Source: a virus. From it: a stretch of 64,000 nucleotides of DNA. How positions within the stretch are numbered: position 1 is the stretch's first letter; the number at the start of each line of letters is the position of its first letter. Location of the stretch: positions 12,358 through 76,357 of IMG/VR virus record IMGVR_UViG_3300010885_050098; one strand, given 5' to 3'. A program made the translations under genes and the position numbers. Of this stretch, positions 42,635 through 52,044 are shown in pieces. The notes beneath the pieces were generated by a model that ran no database searches, was not told where the DNA came from, and was given only the letters and a program-made list of their open reading frames with translations.

Positions 42635-43538
42635 CGTTCTCCTTCAATGCTTTACGGGCTTTGTCTCTAGCTTTGCGGGCAACCTCTTGGGACTGTTCTG
42701 TAGGAAGGGACATTACGACCTGCCCAACCAAACTGCCAAATCGGCTTACGTAAAGTCGCCACAGAACCTCGGCATCTTTGTATTCGCTTATAGAAATCTG
42801 TTTAAAAAACAAATCCATAACCGCAACTTCAATTTCTCCGTTAGTCCCAAGCCTATTGCGTAAACCGCCAAGTGCGCCAGAGAACTGACTCTGCGTAACT
42901 TTCCACGGCTCGATGTTCCAGTACTGCTCAATCCTGTCGGCAAACTCAAAGCACACGTCTGGAACGGACCACTCCGACTTTAAAAGTTCGGATCTTCTAC
43001 CAAAACGTTTTTTACCAAGGTCGCGTTTTTTATCTACATAGTCAGACGCTCTCTTTGCTTTAGCTTTTTCTTTATCAGCCTTAGCGTCGGCTTTGTAGTC
43101 TTCGTCCCCGGAACCCGGAGAAAACAATCCGCCCCATCCACTCATGTTTTTAACCTCGAACTCTTCTGTCTCTAAGTTTACTTTCGACTTTGTCGAAACC
43201 ATATTTTTACTTATAACAGTAGAAATAGTATTTCTGCTTATATGCTCATTACTGATATCAGAAGTCACGTTATGTGACTCCACAAGTTGTGCCTTCACAC
43301 TGCCAAAAAAAGCTCTGTTTGCTTTTTCTGTCAGGATTGAAACAGTCATGATTCTGTTTCCAATGCGTTGTCTAGTGGTGCGAATGTACTCGTTTTCACG
43401 AAGTTCTTTCAGACCACTAAGCGCTGACCGACGACCCACTCTGAAATGAACCATCATTGATTCAGCTGATATGTTTATATCGTGTTGGTGGATTGCCAAA
43501 AGAAACCCATAGGCTTTTGCCGAAAGATCTCCCGTCAT
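42627..43538 (-). CDS. putative replication initiator with N-terminal HTH
   Basis: LSAKAYG...GLKELRENEYI; upstream of the loader. Confidence 0.55.
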   Translation of the reverse strand: MTGDLSAKAYGFLLAIHQHDINISAESMMVHFRVGRRSALSGLKELRENEYIRTTRQRIGNRIMTVSILTEKANRAFFGSVKAQLVESHNVTSDISNEHISRNTISTVISKNMVSTKSKVNLETEEFEVKNMSGWGGLFSPGSGDEDYKADAKADKEKAKAKRASDYVDKKRDLGKKRFGRRSELLKSEWSVPDVCFEFADRIEQYWNIEPWKVTQSQFSGALGGLRNRLGTNGEIEVAVMDLFFKQISISEYKDAEVLWRLYVSRFGSLVGQVVMSLPTEQSQEVARKARDKARKALKENDV

Positions 43539-44125
43539 CCTGAAATACCGTACTTCTCAAGAACCTCGGTCACGGCCTTGGCCACAGCCTTGCCTATAGC
43601 TTTAGAAAGATCTTCGCTTACTATGACTGGCAGGGTATTGGTTTCTTGCGGTGTCTCAACAACCTCAACGGGCTCCTTAGAAGCCTCCTGAGGGGTCTCA
43701 GGCAGGTTTCCAGCCGAGATCTCTAGTAATCCCTTACAAAGGTCGTATGACGGCACAGAAGCGTCTTTGAGGCTTGAATGCAAAGATGCTGTAAAAACAT
43801 CTGCCTCATCCCAAAACATAAATGCCGTAGCCCACTCACCCGAAACCGCGTCAACGGTTGCCTTAATTGGATCGGGGTCGTTTACAAGACTCGAACTAGT
43901 GATGCTCATAAGAACCGCGCCCTCGGGGGCTATTACGGTTGTTGATATGTCTAATTCTGACGCAAGTTGATGCGCCCATACTTGCCCTTGACTTGGACGG
44001 TCTTTAAAAGGCAATAGCAAAATAAAATCTTTGCCGTTACCCCTAAAGTAATCTTCTAATAGTGCTTCTACGTTTACTCTTGTGGTTTCGCCGTTACCAG
44101 CTACAACCAAATGTTTTGATCCCAT
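43535..44125 (-). CDS. hypothetical protein
   Basis: AGGAGG RBS; SigA-like promoter TTGCCG-18 nt-TAATAT upstream. Confidence 0.7.
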   Translation of the reverse strand: MGSKHLVVAGNGETTRVNVEALLEDYFRGNGKDFILLLPFKDRPSQGQVWAHQLASELDISTTVIAPEGAVLMSITSSSLVNDPDPIKATVDAVSGEWATAFMFWDEADVFTASLHSSLKDASVPSYDLCKGLLEISAGNLPETPQEASKEPVEVVETPQETNTLPVIVSEDLSKAIGKAVAKAVTEVLEKYGISG

Positions 44126-44182
44126 GTAATCCTCCTAGGCGGGGGATATTACACAGGTTTAAAAGTTTGCGGCAAATCCGCT

Positions 44183-46477
44183 CTATAAAGAGTCTGGGGA
44201 ACCTAAAATTAAGTTAAAACTAGTCCCAATAGGAAGATATTTTGGCAAAGTGGCTATTAAACGTTTTTCTACCGCCACTCGATTTTTGTAATAATGGGCT
44301 CGGCTTTGAGCAACCGTTCCTTCCCACAAAAGGTCAGTCGATTCACTAAATCCCCTTGACCCATCAAAAAATGAACCCATTGAAGAAGATCTTTCAAATA
44401 AAACAGAGTCAATCCAAATATTTTGCCCAACAACCGGATTAGTCCATTCAAAAATTGCTTTTGCATAAACAGCGTTAGTTGGAGCCAACACTGTTGAATA
44501 AATTCTATTAAAATCTAATTTTAAATCTTGAATATACGGCTGTAAATTTAAATCGTTTCCTGAAGTTAGCGGAATATTATCTCCAGTAATTACAATTTGT
44601 ATTTCATTTTCTAAAACAGCGGTTACTTGGTAAGAACCGTCAAAATTGTAAGTTACAGGTGCGCCGTTCTGATCAACACTATTAAACTGAAAATGAACTA
44701 ACCGCATATTTTCACCAGCAACAATACTGGTTCTTTCTTCAAGAGTTACGTACAAAGTATTGTTTGTTCTATAAAAAGAAACTACTTTATAAAATTCAGT
44801 CAAGTTGGAATAGTTATCGTGCTCTGTTGATATTAACGTTTGACTTGCGTCATACCACTCAACGTCAAAACCACCAATATAATCATTTTCAAAAGTTCCC
44901 GTAAAAGCTGTTCTTACATATCCGCTAAGTGTGTACCATTCATCGCCAATTACTTTAATATAATCATTGTAGGTAAGCAGGATAGAAGAACCAGATCCTG
45001 AATAAGCCACTTTTGCGGCCCCTACGCTTCCAGTTGCTGTTTCTGTTAAAGAGTTATCAATCGTCACAGAAGAGTTTGTTGAAACCCACGGGGTTGTGGT
45101 TATTTCAAAACAAGGGTTTCCAAGTAAATTGATTCTATTTGCTTTAAGAATTACATCAATTCCTCTAGCATCCGCAAAATAGGTTGATCCTTCAGAACTT
45201 TGTTCAAATTGAGCAGCATCAAAATAATGAACTTCTCCACTTGAAGCACCTTCAATTCTTAAATACGGAACAGCAAACCAAGCATTTTCTGGAGATGTGC
45301 TTGATGCCTCTACACGCGTACCCCAAAGTGTTGTTGTATTTGTTTTAAATTCTTCACCGGCTCGCGATATTTCAACAGAATCTCGGTCATACCAAATAAT
45401 GTCTGCGTAAATTTTTCTTCCCGTAGTTTCCGCTTTTGAAAATATGGAAAAAACATAAGACAAGTTTGGGCTAACTGGTATTCCTTTTGTTTTTGGATTT
45501 GTTTTTCCGCAAGCAAATTCAAGATCACCGGCACTAGAGGCTGTAACTTTTAAACTTCCATTTTCACTGTTTGCAAACCCCGAGGTTGCAAGAACAGGGC
45601 TTTCATAAGGAGTTATTACACTGTAGTTAACTTGTAAAAGTGTTGCTTTTGCAATGTTTAACCAAGAACCAACACTGTACTCAAAAGAAGAATCGTTAAT
45701 GTTTAACATTATATTTTTGTTTGCCGCTACTTCAGAATCCCAGCCAGTAAACGATTTTACAAAATCTTTAATGCCTTGCAAAGATCCTTTTTTCTTATTA
45801 ATTAAAGATGCATTTTTAAGAAGAATTCTTGTTTGTTGAACACCAAGTTCAGGCTCATATTGAAGCCCAAATTGTTCAAGCATTAGAGGCAGTAATTCTA
45901 CAGGTATGGTGGATGCGTCGTAAACATTTTTAACCAATTCCGCATACGTCTTTGTAAAATCATAATAAGTCTCAAAAATAGATAAAAAGTTTTTTAAATC
46001 AGAGTTTTCATTTGCTTCAGTTAAAGTTTTATAATTATCTGTTTGGTATACAGCGGGCAAAAGTTGAAAAAAATCGTTACCGTTATCAAATTCTTTTGGA
46101 GAAATGGAAGAAGCATTTCCAGCTTTAATCCAATACTCCTCTTGAATTGAAAACACAAATATTGAATAAAAATAAACTATGCCTTCAACCAAACCAATAT
46201 TTGAAGGAGTTTGCCCTTTATCAATATATTCATTTATTGCATTTTCTTTTAAAAGCTCAATTAAAATATCTCCATCATCTGAGGCAATGGGATACCCATA
46301 TCTATTTCTTACTAAACGAACTTTGCTCCAATCACCAGTTGGGGTAGCCCAACTTAAATTAATAGCAGCATAGTTATATGGCTTAGCAATAAATGGGGTT
46401 GCGTCAAAATCAACAAGCGCTAATACTCCAGCGCCGTATCGTCCAATCCCATAAATGTCTGTGCCATAACGTGCCAT
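44183..46477 (-). CDS. baseplate/tail protein (P2 gpI-like domain plus carbohydrate-binding-like domains)
   Basis: LLPAVY...KKGSLQGI...TGW; repeated N.L.N..FE...W modules. Confidence 0.7.
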   Translation of the reverse strand: MARYGTDIYGIGRYGAGVLALVDFDATPFIAKPYNYAAINLSWATPTGDWSKVRLVRNRYGYPIASDDGDILIELLKENAINEYIDKGQTPSNIGLVEGIVYFYSIFVFSIQEEYWIKAGNASSISPKEFDNGNDFFQLLPAVYQTDNYKTLTEANENSDLKNFLSIFETYYDFTKTYAELVKNVYDASTIPVELLPLMLEQFGLQYEPELGVQQTRILLKNASLINKKKGSLQGIKDFVKSFTGWDSEVAANKNIMLNINDSSFEYSVGSWLNIAKATLLQVNYSVITPYESPVLATSGFANSENGSLKVTASSAGDLEFACGKTNPKTKGIPVSPNLSYVFSIFSKAETTGRKIYADIIWYDRDSVEISRAGEEFKTNTTTLWGTRVEASSTSPENAWFAVPYLRIEGASSGEVHYFDAAQFEQSSEGSTYFADARGIDVILKANRINLLGNPCFEITTTPWVSTNSSVTIDNSLTETATGSVGAAKVAYSGSGSSILLTYNDYIKVIGDEWYTLSGYVRTAFTGTFENDYIGGFDVEWYDASQTLISTEHDNYSNLTEFYKVVSFYRTNNTLYVTLEERTSIVAGENMRLVHFQFNSVDQNGAPVTYNFDGSYQVTAVLENEIQIVITGDNIPLTSGNDLNLQPYIQDLKLDFNRIYSTVLAPTNAVYAKAIFEWTNPVVGQNIWIDSVLFERSSSMGSFFDGSRGFSESTDLLWEGTVAQSRAHYYKNRVAVEKRLIATLPKYLPIGTSFNLILGSPDSL

Positions 46478-46480
46478 TTT

Positions 46481-46954
46481 TTATCCAAAAATGCTTTCAA
46501 TAATAAGGCGTGTAATTTCAGGTGAAGATACCGCGGATGCAGTCAATGTTCCATCTGAAGAAACATTAGCAACAATGGTTCCCGTTCCTGATTTCCAATT
46601 TTGAAGGTTTGCACTTTGTGATGTTGCGCCTCTGACGGTAAACCCAACGTTTGTTGCAATTGCGTTAGTAATTGTTTCGTTTCCAGTACGTTTAATGTAT
46701 TGAGTATGCGCGTCCGAAACAATTCCTGTTTCTATATTGGCTAAACGTGCAGTTAACGTGCTAAATGAGGTTGCGTTGGTAGCAAATGTTCCACTAGCGG
46801 AAGGAGAAGTAGAGAGCGCTGGACTTACACCAATAGCGCTTTGAATAGCAATAACTTCTTCTTGCAAACCATTTGGATCTGAAGCATCAATGATGTCAAG
46901 CGTATTTCTTTTGGTTGAAAACGATCTAACCGATGCTGGATAACTTGCTGTCAT
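46481..46954 (-). CDS. tail/baseplate structural protein
   Basis: Position; MTASYP...N.LQEEVIAI. Confidence 0.55.
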   Translation of the reverse strand: MTASYPASVRSFSTKRNTLDIIDASDPNGLQEEVIAIQSAIGVSPALSTSPSASGTFATNATSFSTLTARLANIETGIVSDAHTQYIKRTGNETITNAIATNVGFTVRGATSQSANLQNWKSGTGTIVANVSSDGTLTASAVSSPEITRLIIESIFG

Positions 46955-46962
46955 TTTTTCTC

Positions 46963-48429
46963 CTATGCAATTCCGCCGCTAACGGTTACAGTAATTGTAC
47001 CCGCCTCAGGCAACTCGTCTACTGCGAATACCGCGTCTGAAGTACCGCTTTGTGCCCCGTCTGCTCGGGCTAACAAAATTGGTGTTGCGTAAGAAACTCC
47101 CGGTGTTGCCGATAACGCACTTAAAACATAACTTAAAGAAATTCTTTCTTTAAAGCTAACGTTGTCAAACGCTAAAATTTCGTTGAGTGCTTTTACGGCG
47201 TTTATTTGTACAGTAGAGTTTTTCCATTGTGGAAGGGCAACAACTACAACTTCAATATTTAAAGGAACAAATGTGGGTGGAAAAATTGTTACGGAAACTC
47301 CTGGTGGCATTTTAGGAGTTATAAATTCAATAATTTTATTTGATAAAGCCGTAAAAACTTCTGTTAATTCGTTTTCAGAAGTAAGTCCTCTATCTCCAAA
47401 AGGAGCCACATATAAATTAATACTGTTTGAAACTTCGGCGTCTGCAATTGCTTTTGCAACACCAGATATTTGAACAGCAATGGCCGCATAATCGTCTAAA
47501 GAAACGGCTCTATTACCAGCAGACAACGTTAATGGAGCATTGGTTCTAATAGATTCAATAGATTCTGGATCAGTTCCGCCAGATGCGGCAGATACGTTAA
47601 TCACACTTAACCCAGCTTGATAATTTGTTAAAATATTTTTAATAGTTGTTGCTGCAACATTTCCAACAACCCCACCACCGACTCGATAAGTTGCGTAAAT
47701 TTGAGCATTAGTTGCCGGAACTCGTCCGCCAACTCCGTCGCCAAATTCAATAAATGTATTTCCATTTGCGTCTGTATATGAAACAAAAACAGCGTCGCTA
47801 TTTCCGTATTCAACTAGGTATTGAACATGTCGATAGGGCGTATTGTTTACCTGAACAGAAATGCTGTCTTGAATAACTGGGGTTTCGTCTAACTGAAATA
47901 TTTGATTTGCGGTTCCAGTAGATGTACCAACTAATTCAGAAGTAACTGTATATCCTTGAGTTGCTGTTACAGAAACTCCACTAGGACTAGTTGTATTTGG
48001 GGTTACAACAAGATCCTCATCTGTTTCAAAAATAACTTGAGTAGAAGTTCCATTAACAATGGTTGTGCTTCCAATTTGAGTTCCAGCAACCACCGTTATA
48101 TTTGAAGAAGTTGAGTTTTTAAAAGTTAAAGTTACAGTAGACGGAGTTGTGTCTGTTGGTGTATAGCCCAACATTTTAGCAATTCTTAAAATGCTTTCTT
48201 TTTGACTAGCTGTGCTAATAAAAGCTTCGTTTGCGGCTCGATCTATGTAATAGTGCAAAACATCAGACGCATAAGAAAACGCTTCTAACATTGCAATACC
48301 TAAATCACCAGGATCTCGACTGGTCCATTTTGGGGCAAGTTGTGGAATAAGGTTAATTAAGTCTTCTCGAATAGACGCGTAATCTCTAGAGGTGTAATCA
48401 ATTTGAGGAACGTAGTTAATATCAGCCAT
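46963..48429 (-). CDS. baseplate wedge protein (gpJ/T4 gp6-like)
   Basis: DYTSRDY, FGDGV.GR.P, GG.DPES, RAVSLDDY. Confidence 0.88.
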   Translation of the reverse strand: MADINYVPQIDYTSRDYASIREDLINLIPQLAPKWTSRDPGDLGIAMLEAFSYASDVLHYYIDRAANEAFISTASQKESILRIAKMLGYTPTDTTPSTVTLTFKNSTSSNITVVAGTQIGSTTIVNGTSTQVIFETDEDLVVTPNTTSPSGVSVTATQGYTVTSELVGTSTGTANQIFQLDETPVIQDSISVQVNNTPYRHVQYLVEYGNSDAVFVSYTDANGNTFIEFGDGVGGRVPATNAQIYATYRVGGGVVGNVAATTIKNILTNYQAGLSVINVSAASGGTDPESIESIRTNAPLTLSAGNRAVSLDDYAAIAVQISGVAKAIADAEVSNSINLYVAPFGDRGLTSENELTEVFTALSNKIIEFITPKMPPGVSVTIFPPTFVPLNIEVVVVALPQWKNSTVQINAVKALNEILAFDNVSFKERISLSYVLSALSATPGVSYATPILLARADGAQSGTSDAVFAVDELPEAGTITVTVSGGIA

Positions 48430-48431
48430 TT

Positions 48432-48842
48432 TTATAACTCCTCAATTAGAACGCCTGTTCGGGTAAATGTCCCGCTTTTTACCCTAGCTACTGTAGTTGT
48501 TTTTTCTCCGCTTGGTAATACATAGTTTATCGAAATAACTAGCGCATTGTCTGTTAATTCGCCAGCTTCTATTGCCGATGTTACGGATAATAGTTTTAGA
48601 TCAGGCAACCATTGGCCAAAGGCTGACGCTACGGTTAACTCTGCTTCTTTTAAAGCAACATCTTCTGGCTCAAAAACAAGGCCTGTTGCTCCACTACCAT
48701 ATGAATGACGCATAACTCTTTCGCTAGGTCTGGTAAAAATAGCACTTAAAACCCTATCAGACCATATTTTTCTTTCATTAATCGTGGTGTTTACTCCACC
48801 AGATTCATTAAAGTTAAAAGGTAAAGAAATTGCTTGTCCCAT
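48432..48842 (-). CDS. gp25-like baseplate protein
   Basis: T.P.ERVMR..YG motif. Confidence 0.8.
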   Translation of the reverse strand: MGQAISLPFNFNESGGVNTTINERKIWSDRVLSAIFTRPSERVMRHSYGSGATGLVFEPEDVALKEAELTVASAFGQWLPDLKLLSVTSAIEAGELTDNALVISINYVLPSGEKTTTVARVKSGTFTRTGVLIEEL

Positions 48843-49355
48843 TTAAAACACTCCAATCCAAACAGGGAAATTAGGGTCTCCGCCTTCAAACATAGCCCAG
48901 ACACCTTGTTCAAGTTTAGGGACTAGTCGGTGCGGAGTATGTTCTGCGGTCGTATTAACTTCTTGATTATCATTCCATTTTTCATTTTCATCAACGTCAA
49001 GAATGTGGTCGTGAAAAAGTTTGCCACTATTTCCTGAATGTGCTGCATGAGTTAGTGTTTGTGTTGCGCTAAAACTGTGGCTGTGTGCAGGAGAGCCACC
49101 ACTGCCCGTAGACCCAGAAACTGAAACACTATGACTTGTGTGTGTATTTAGTAACGCAGCCACTTCTGAAGCCAAATGAGGTAGATGGTCTGGATGATTA
49201 GCGTTACTTAAAACAGGCAAACAAGGCCAAGCCCAATCACTAAGACCCTCACCCAAAACTTGAGGAACTTGTAAACGAATCCTATTTTTTTCCAAAGGAT
49301 CGTCAACATCCATACAGATACCTCGGTATATACCAAAAAATTTATTATCAGTCAT
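48843..49355 (-). CDS. gp5 OB-fold baseplate spike protein with a His-rich insertion
   Basis: GIYRG...DP...RI...VP...WA.P; VW.MFEGGDPNFPVW.G. Confidence 0.75.
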   Translation of the reverse strand: MTDNKFFGIYRGICMDVDDPLEKNRIRLQVPQVLGEGLSDWAWPCLPVLSNANHPDHLPHLASEVAALLNTHTSHSVSVSGSTGSGGSPAHSHSFSATQTLTHAAHSGNSGKLFHDHILDVDENEKWNDNQEVNTTAEHTPHRLVPKLEQGVWAMFEGGDPNFPVWIGVF

Positions 49356-50688
49356 TTTTTGCGTTCCTTGCGTGCGACAAAACAACTGGCGATGGGGAAG
49401 ATCTTTTTACCGTAGTTTTCATATCTTTAACAGAGTTTTTCCATTTGTTAGGGACAATTACTTTTTTTGCAACCAATGGTCTAGGTCGGTTATTTACGGT
49501 TCCAAATCCTACAGGATTTTTACTTGACACGCCCACACCTTTTTTTAAAACAGTGACTGGTTTTTTATTGGTTTGTTTCACCCCTGGCGTAATTTTTCTT
49601 TTACCGGTGTTAGTTGGCGCACCAATTGCCGGGGAATTTGGGTGCGAAACGTCTTGTCCCAAAGAATCGGTTCCTAAATGTAAAATTGTTGTGTATTTAT
49701 GGTTTAGCAAAGTGTCTAACGTTATTCTGTGTTCTGTTTTTAAAACAGTCCAAAACCCACTGTGTTCCGGCCCAACTCCGCCAAAATATACTGGCGCATC
49801 TGGGTGCAAATCTGGGGTTCCAAGAACCTCAGCAATAGCTTTATACGGATAACGAACACGTTCATCAGCAGACTCAGATTCAGATTTTGCAATTTCATAA
49901 TTATTTGCCACTGTAACTGCGTCAAAACGATCAAAAAATTCTGGTTCAAAATTACTTCTTGTTGCTTTAGGTCGTTTTTGGTTTGTTACTTGTATAAGTT
50001 GACCAGTAAATTTATCTACACCACTAACCGCAACGGCAGCTTTGTGCTCACCATCTTGATTTAAAGTTTCTCCAACAATAGGTGTAAAAGAGTACAAAGT
50101 AGATCCACTTGGGTTTGCTTGATCTCCCATAAAAAAAGACAAAGCGCTATCTTTAAGTTCGTTATATATTTTTGTAACGGGGTGAAAATATACCTCTGTG
50201 TTTTGAACCCTAAAGCTATAACCGCATTTACGCGCTAAATCTTTAATAAATTCAAGGTCGCTACGCCCCGCTTGAGAAATTTGATCAAAAATACGTGGAT
50301 GATCTGTTACATCAAAAGCAAATCCATGAAAAGAGGCAATATCTTTAACAACATCTGAAGCGGAAACATTTCTATAAACTTTTTGTTTTTGTTGTTTTAA
50401 ATGGTAAGAAGCGCCAATAATTCCAAGTTCAATAGATTTACTTCCCGGAGTATTGTAGTTTTTAACGTGATAAATGTACCCGTTAAAAGTTTTAGAAGAA
50501 TTACTACCCGTTAAATTAAGTTCAACTGGAGTTCCTTGTTTTAATGAATTATGGGCAACGTCCCAATCTTTAAATTTAACAATAGCTAATTCATGCGCCC
50601 CGCGTTCTTGATAAAAAACAAAATCAGAAACTCTTCCGACAGGGGAAGATTTAGATGCGGGAAAAGATACGTCAATAAAATCAAACAC
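49348..50688 (-). CDS. baseplate hub (gp27/gpD-like)
   Basis: F.GYI, Q...SD.EF...LA...GY, G.P.L...V...GVG...SG.W.V. Confidence 0.75.
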   Translation of the reverse strand: MFDFIDVSFPASKSSPVGRVSDFVFYQERGAHELAIVKFKDWDVAHNSLKQGTPVELNLTGSNSSKTFNGYIYHVKNYNTPGSKSIELGIIGASYHLKQQKQKVYRNVSASDVVKDIASFHGFAFDVTDHPRIFDQISQAGRSDLEFIKDLARKCGYSFRVQNTEVYFHPVTKIYNELKDSALSFFMGDQANPSGSTLYSFTPIVGETLNQDGEHKAAVAVSGVDKFTGQLIQVTNQKRPKATRSNFEPEFFDRFDAVTVANNYEIAKSESESADERVRYPYKAIAEVLGTPDLHPDAPVYFGGVGPEHSGFWTVLKTEHRITLDTLLNHKYTTILHLGTDSLGQDVSHPNSPAIGAPTNTGKRKITPGVKQTNKKPVTVLKKGVGVSSKNPVGFGTVNNRPRPLVAKKVIVPNKWKNSVKDMKTTVKRSSPSPVVLSHARNAKND

Positions 50689-50962
50689 GAGGTATCCTTA
50701 AAACAGTTCCAGCAGGTATATTTGATGGATCTTCAATTTCAGGGTTGTTGTCTAAAATATACCACCAAAGGTCTGTTTTTCTGTAAAAATTATACGAAAC
50801 AAGGTCTAGTCGATCTTGTTCTTGCCAAATGTACTCGCTGTATGTAATTGTTCCAATATTAGGAAATTCATAAAAAACAATTGGGTTTTCATCACCATCT
50901 GGATACACAGAGATAAAATCAATTGTTGAATACTCATACCTAGATCCTTGGTAAATACTCAT
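50681..50962 (-). CDS. LysM/gpX-like baseplate protein
   Basis: DRLD.VS..FY....WW.I.D.NP......G..LRIP. Confidence 0.8.
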   Translation of the reverse strand: MSIYQGSRYEYSTIDFISVYPDGDENPIVFYEFPNIGTITYSEYIWQEQDRLDLVSYNFYRKTDLWWYILDNNPEIEDPSNIPAGTVLRIPRV

Positions 50963-52044
50963 TGTGTAGCCCCCGGTGCATTATTTCCCGTGTTTGTAAA
51001 ATCTTGTCCAGCAGAGGCCATTAAATTCATTGAAATAGAAACATCTGTTCTAATTGGGGTCATATCTTGACTAAAACCAACATGATTTACGCTCAATGAC
51101 AATATATATCCAATATATGACAAAGGACCAATGTCTACGCGCAAAAGGGTTGCCGCTAAATAACCAATATCGGAAGTTCTTCTTCCAGAGGCGTTGTGCC
51201 ACCCATCCCCGTTAACCGCTTTGTACAAATACTCTAAATCTGCAACAGTTCCCAGCTCCATAAGATCTTTAATTTTTTTAACTTTCTCAGTGGCAGCGCT
51301 ATCTCCTAGACCAGTTGCATAATAAGGAAGCAAATCAGTAAAGACGTTTGGATCAGTAGTACTGGCTTTGTAAACACCTTTTCCAGTTTTGTCATTAAAT
51401 GTTGGAAGAGCAGCGTAATCTTTTTTTAGTAAATGCCTAGCTGCCGCAAAATCATTTGTTCTATCTAATCGTAAATTAAAACTAATGGTTTCACCGCTAG
51501 GGAACGCTCCAGCAACACCCACAAATCGGTCATTTACGTTAGGAGTAACATCTGTGTTTAATGAAACCCCAGTTGTGTAACTATCAGGGTTCCAAATAAA
51601 TTGAAAACCAAAAGTTCTATCAGCCAATTCTTTTCTAGGATCTTTTCCAGTTGCATCAACCATTGTTGAATCAACGGACGCATACCACCAAAGTCTTCCT
51701 CTGCGGTATTGTTCTACGTCTCCAAGAGCATTAGAAGTTCCCTCATTAATTATTTCAGGTTTTACAGGAAGGCTCCATGTGTGAGGGGGCAAGTTCCATT
51801 TGTAAGCAGAAAGTTCTGGTCTTTTAATAAGTTTTGAATCTTCTACTACGGTTCCTTTTTTTGAAGGTTTTGAAGGTTTTGTTGTTTTTGGTTTTGGCGC
51901 AGCGTAATAAGAGGGGGTTGGTATAGGTTTAACTAAGCCAGTGCTTCCAAAACCAGAGACACCCCAAAGAGGATTACCATTTGGTACAACAGGAATTTTT
52001 GATGTTCCTTTTTTTGAGCCACCACTTACACTTGGTTTTGTCAT
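50959..52044 (-). CDS. tail tube initiator-like protein
   Basis: FQF.WNP; position between tape measure and LysM genes. Confidence 0.55.
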   Translation of the reverse strand: MTKPSVSGGSKKGTSKIPVVPNGNPLWGVSGFGSTGLVKPIPTPSYYAAPKPKTTKPSKPSKKGTVVEDSKLIKRPELSAYKWNLPPHTWSLPVKPEIINEGTSNALGDVEQYRRGRLWWYASVDSTMVDATGKDPRKELADRTFGFQFIWNPDSYTTGVSLNTDVTPNVNDRFVGVAGAFPSGETISFNLRLDRTNDFAAARHLLKKDYAALPTFNDKTGKGVYKASTTDPNVFTDLLPYYATGLGDSAATEKVKKIKDLMELGTVADLEYLYKAVNGDGWHNASGRRTSDIGYLAATLLRVDIGPLSYIGYILSLSVNHVGFSQDMTPIRTDVSISMNLMASAGQDFTNTGNNAPGATQ

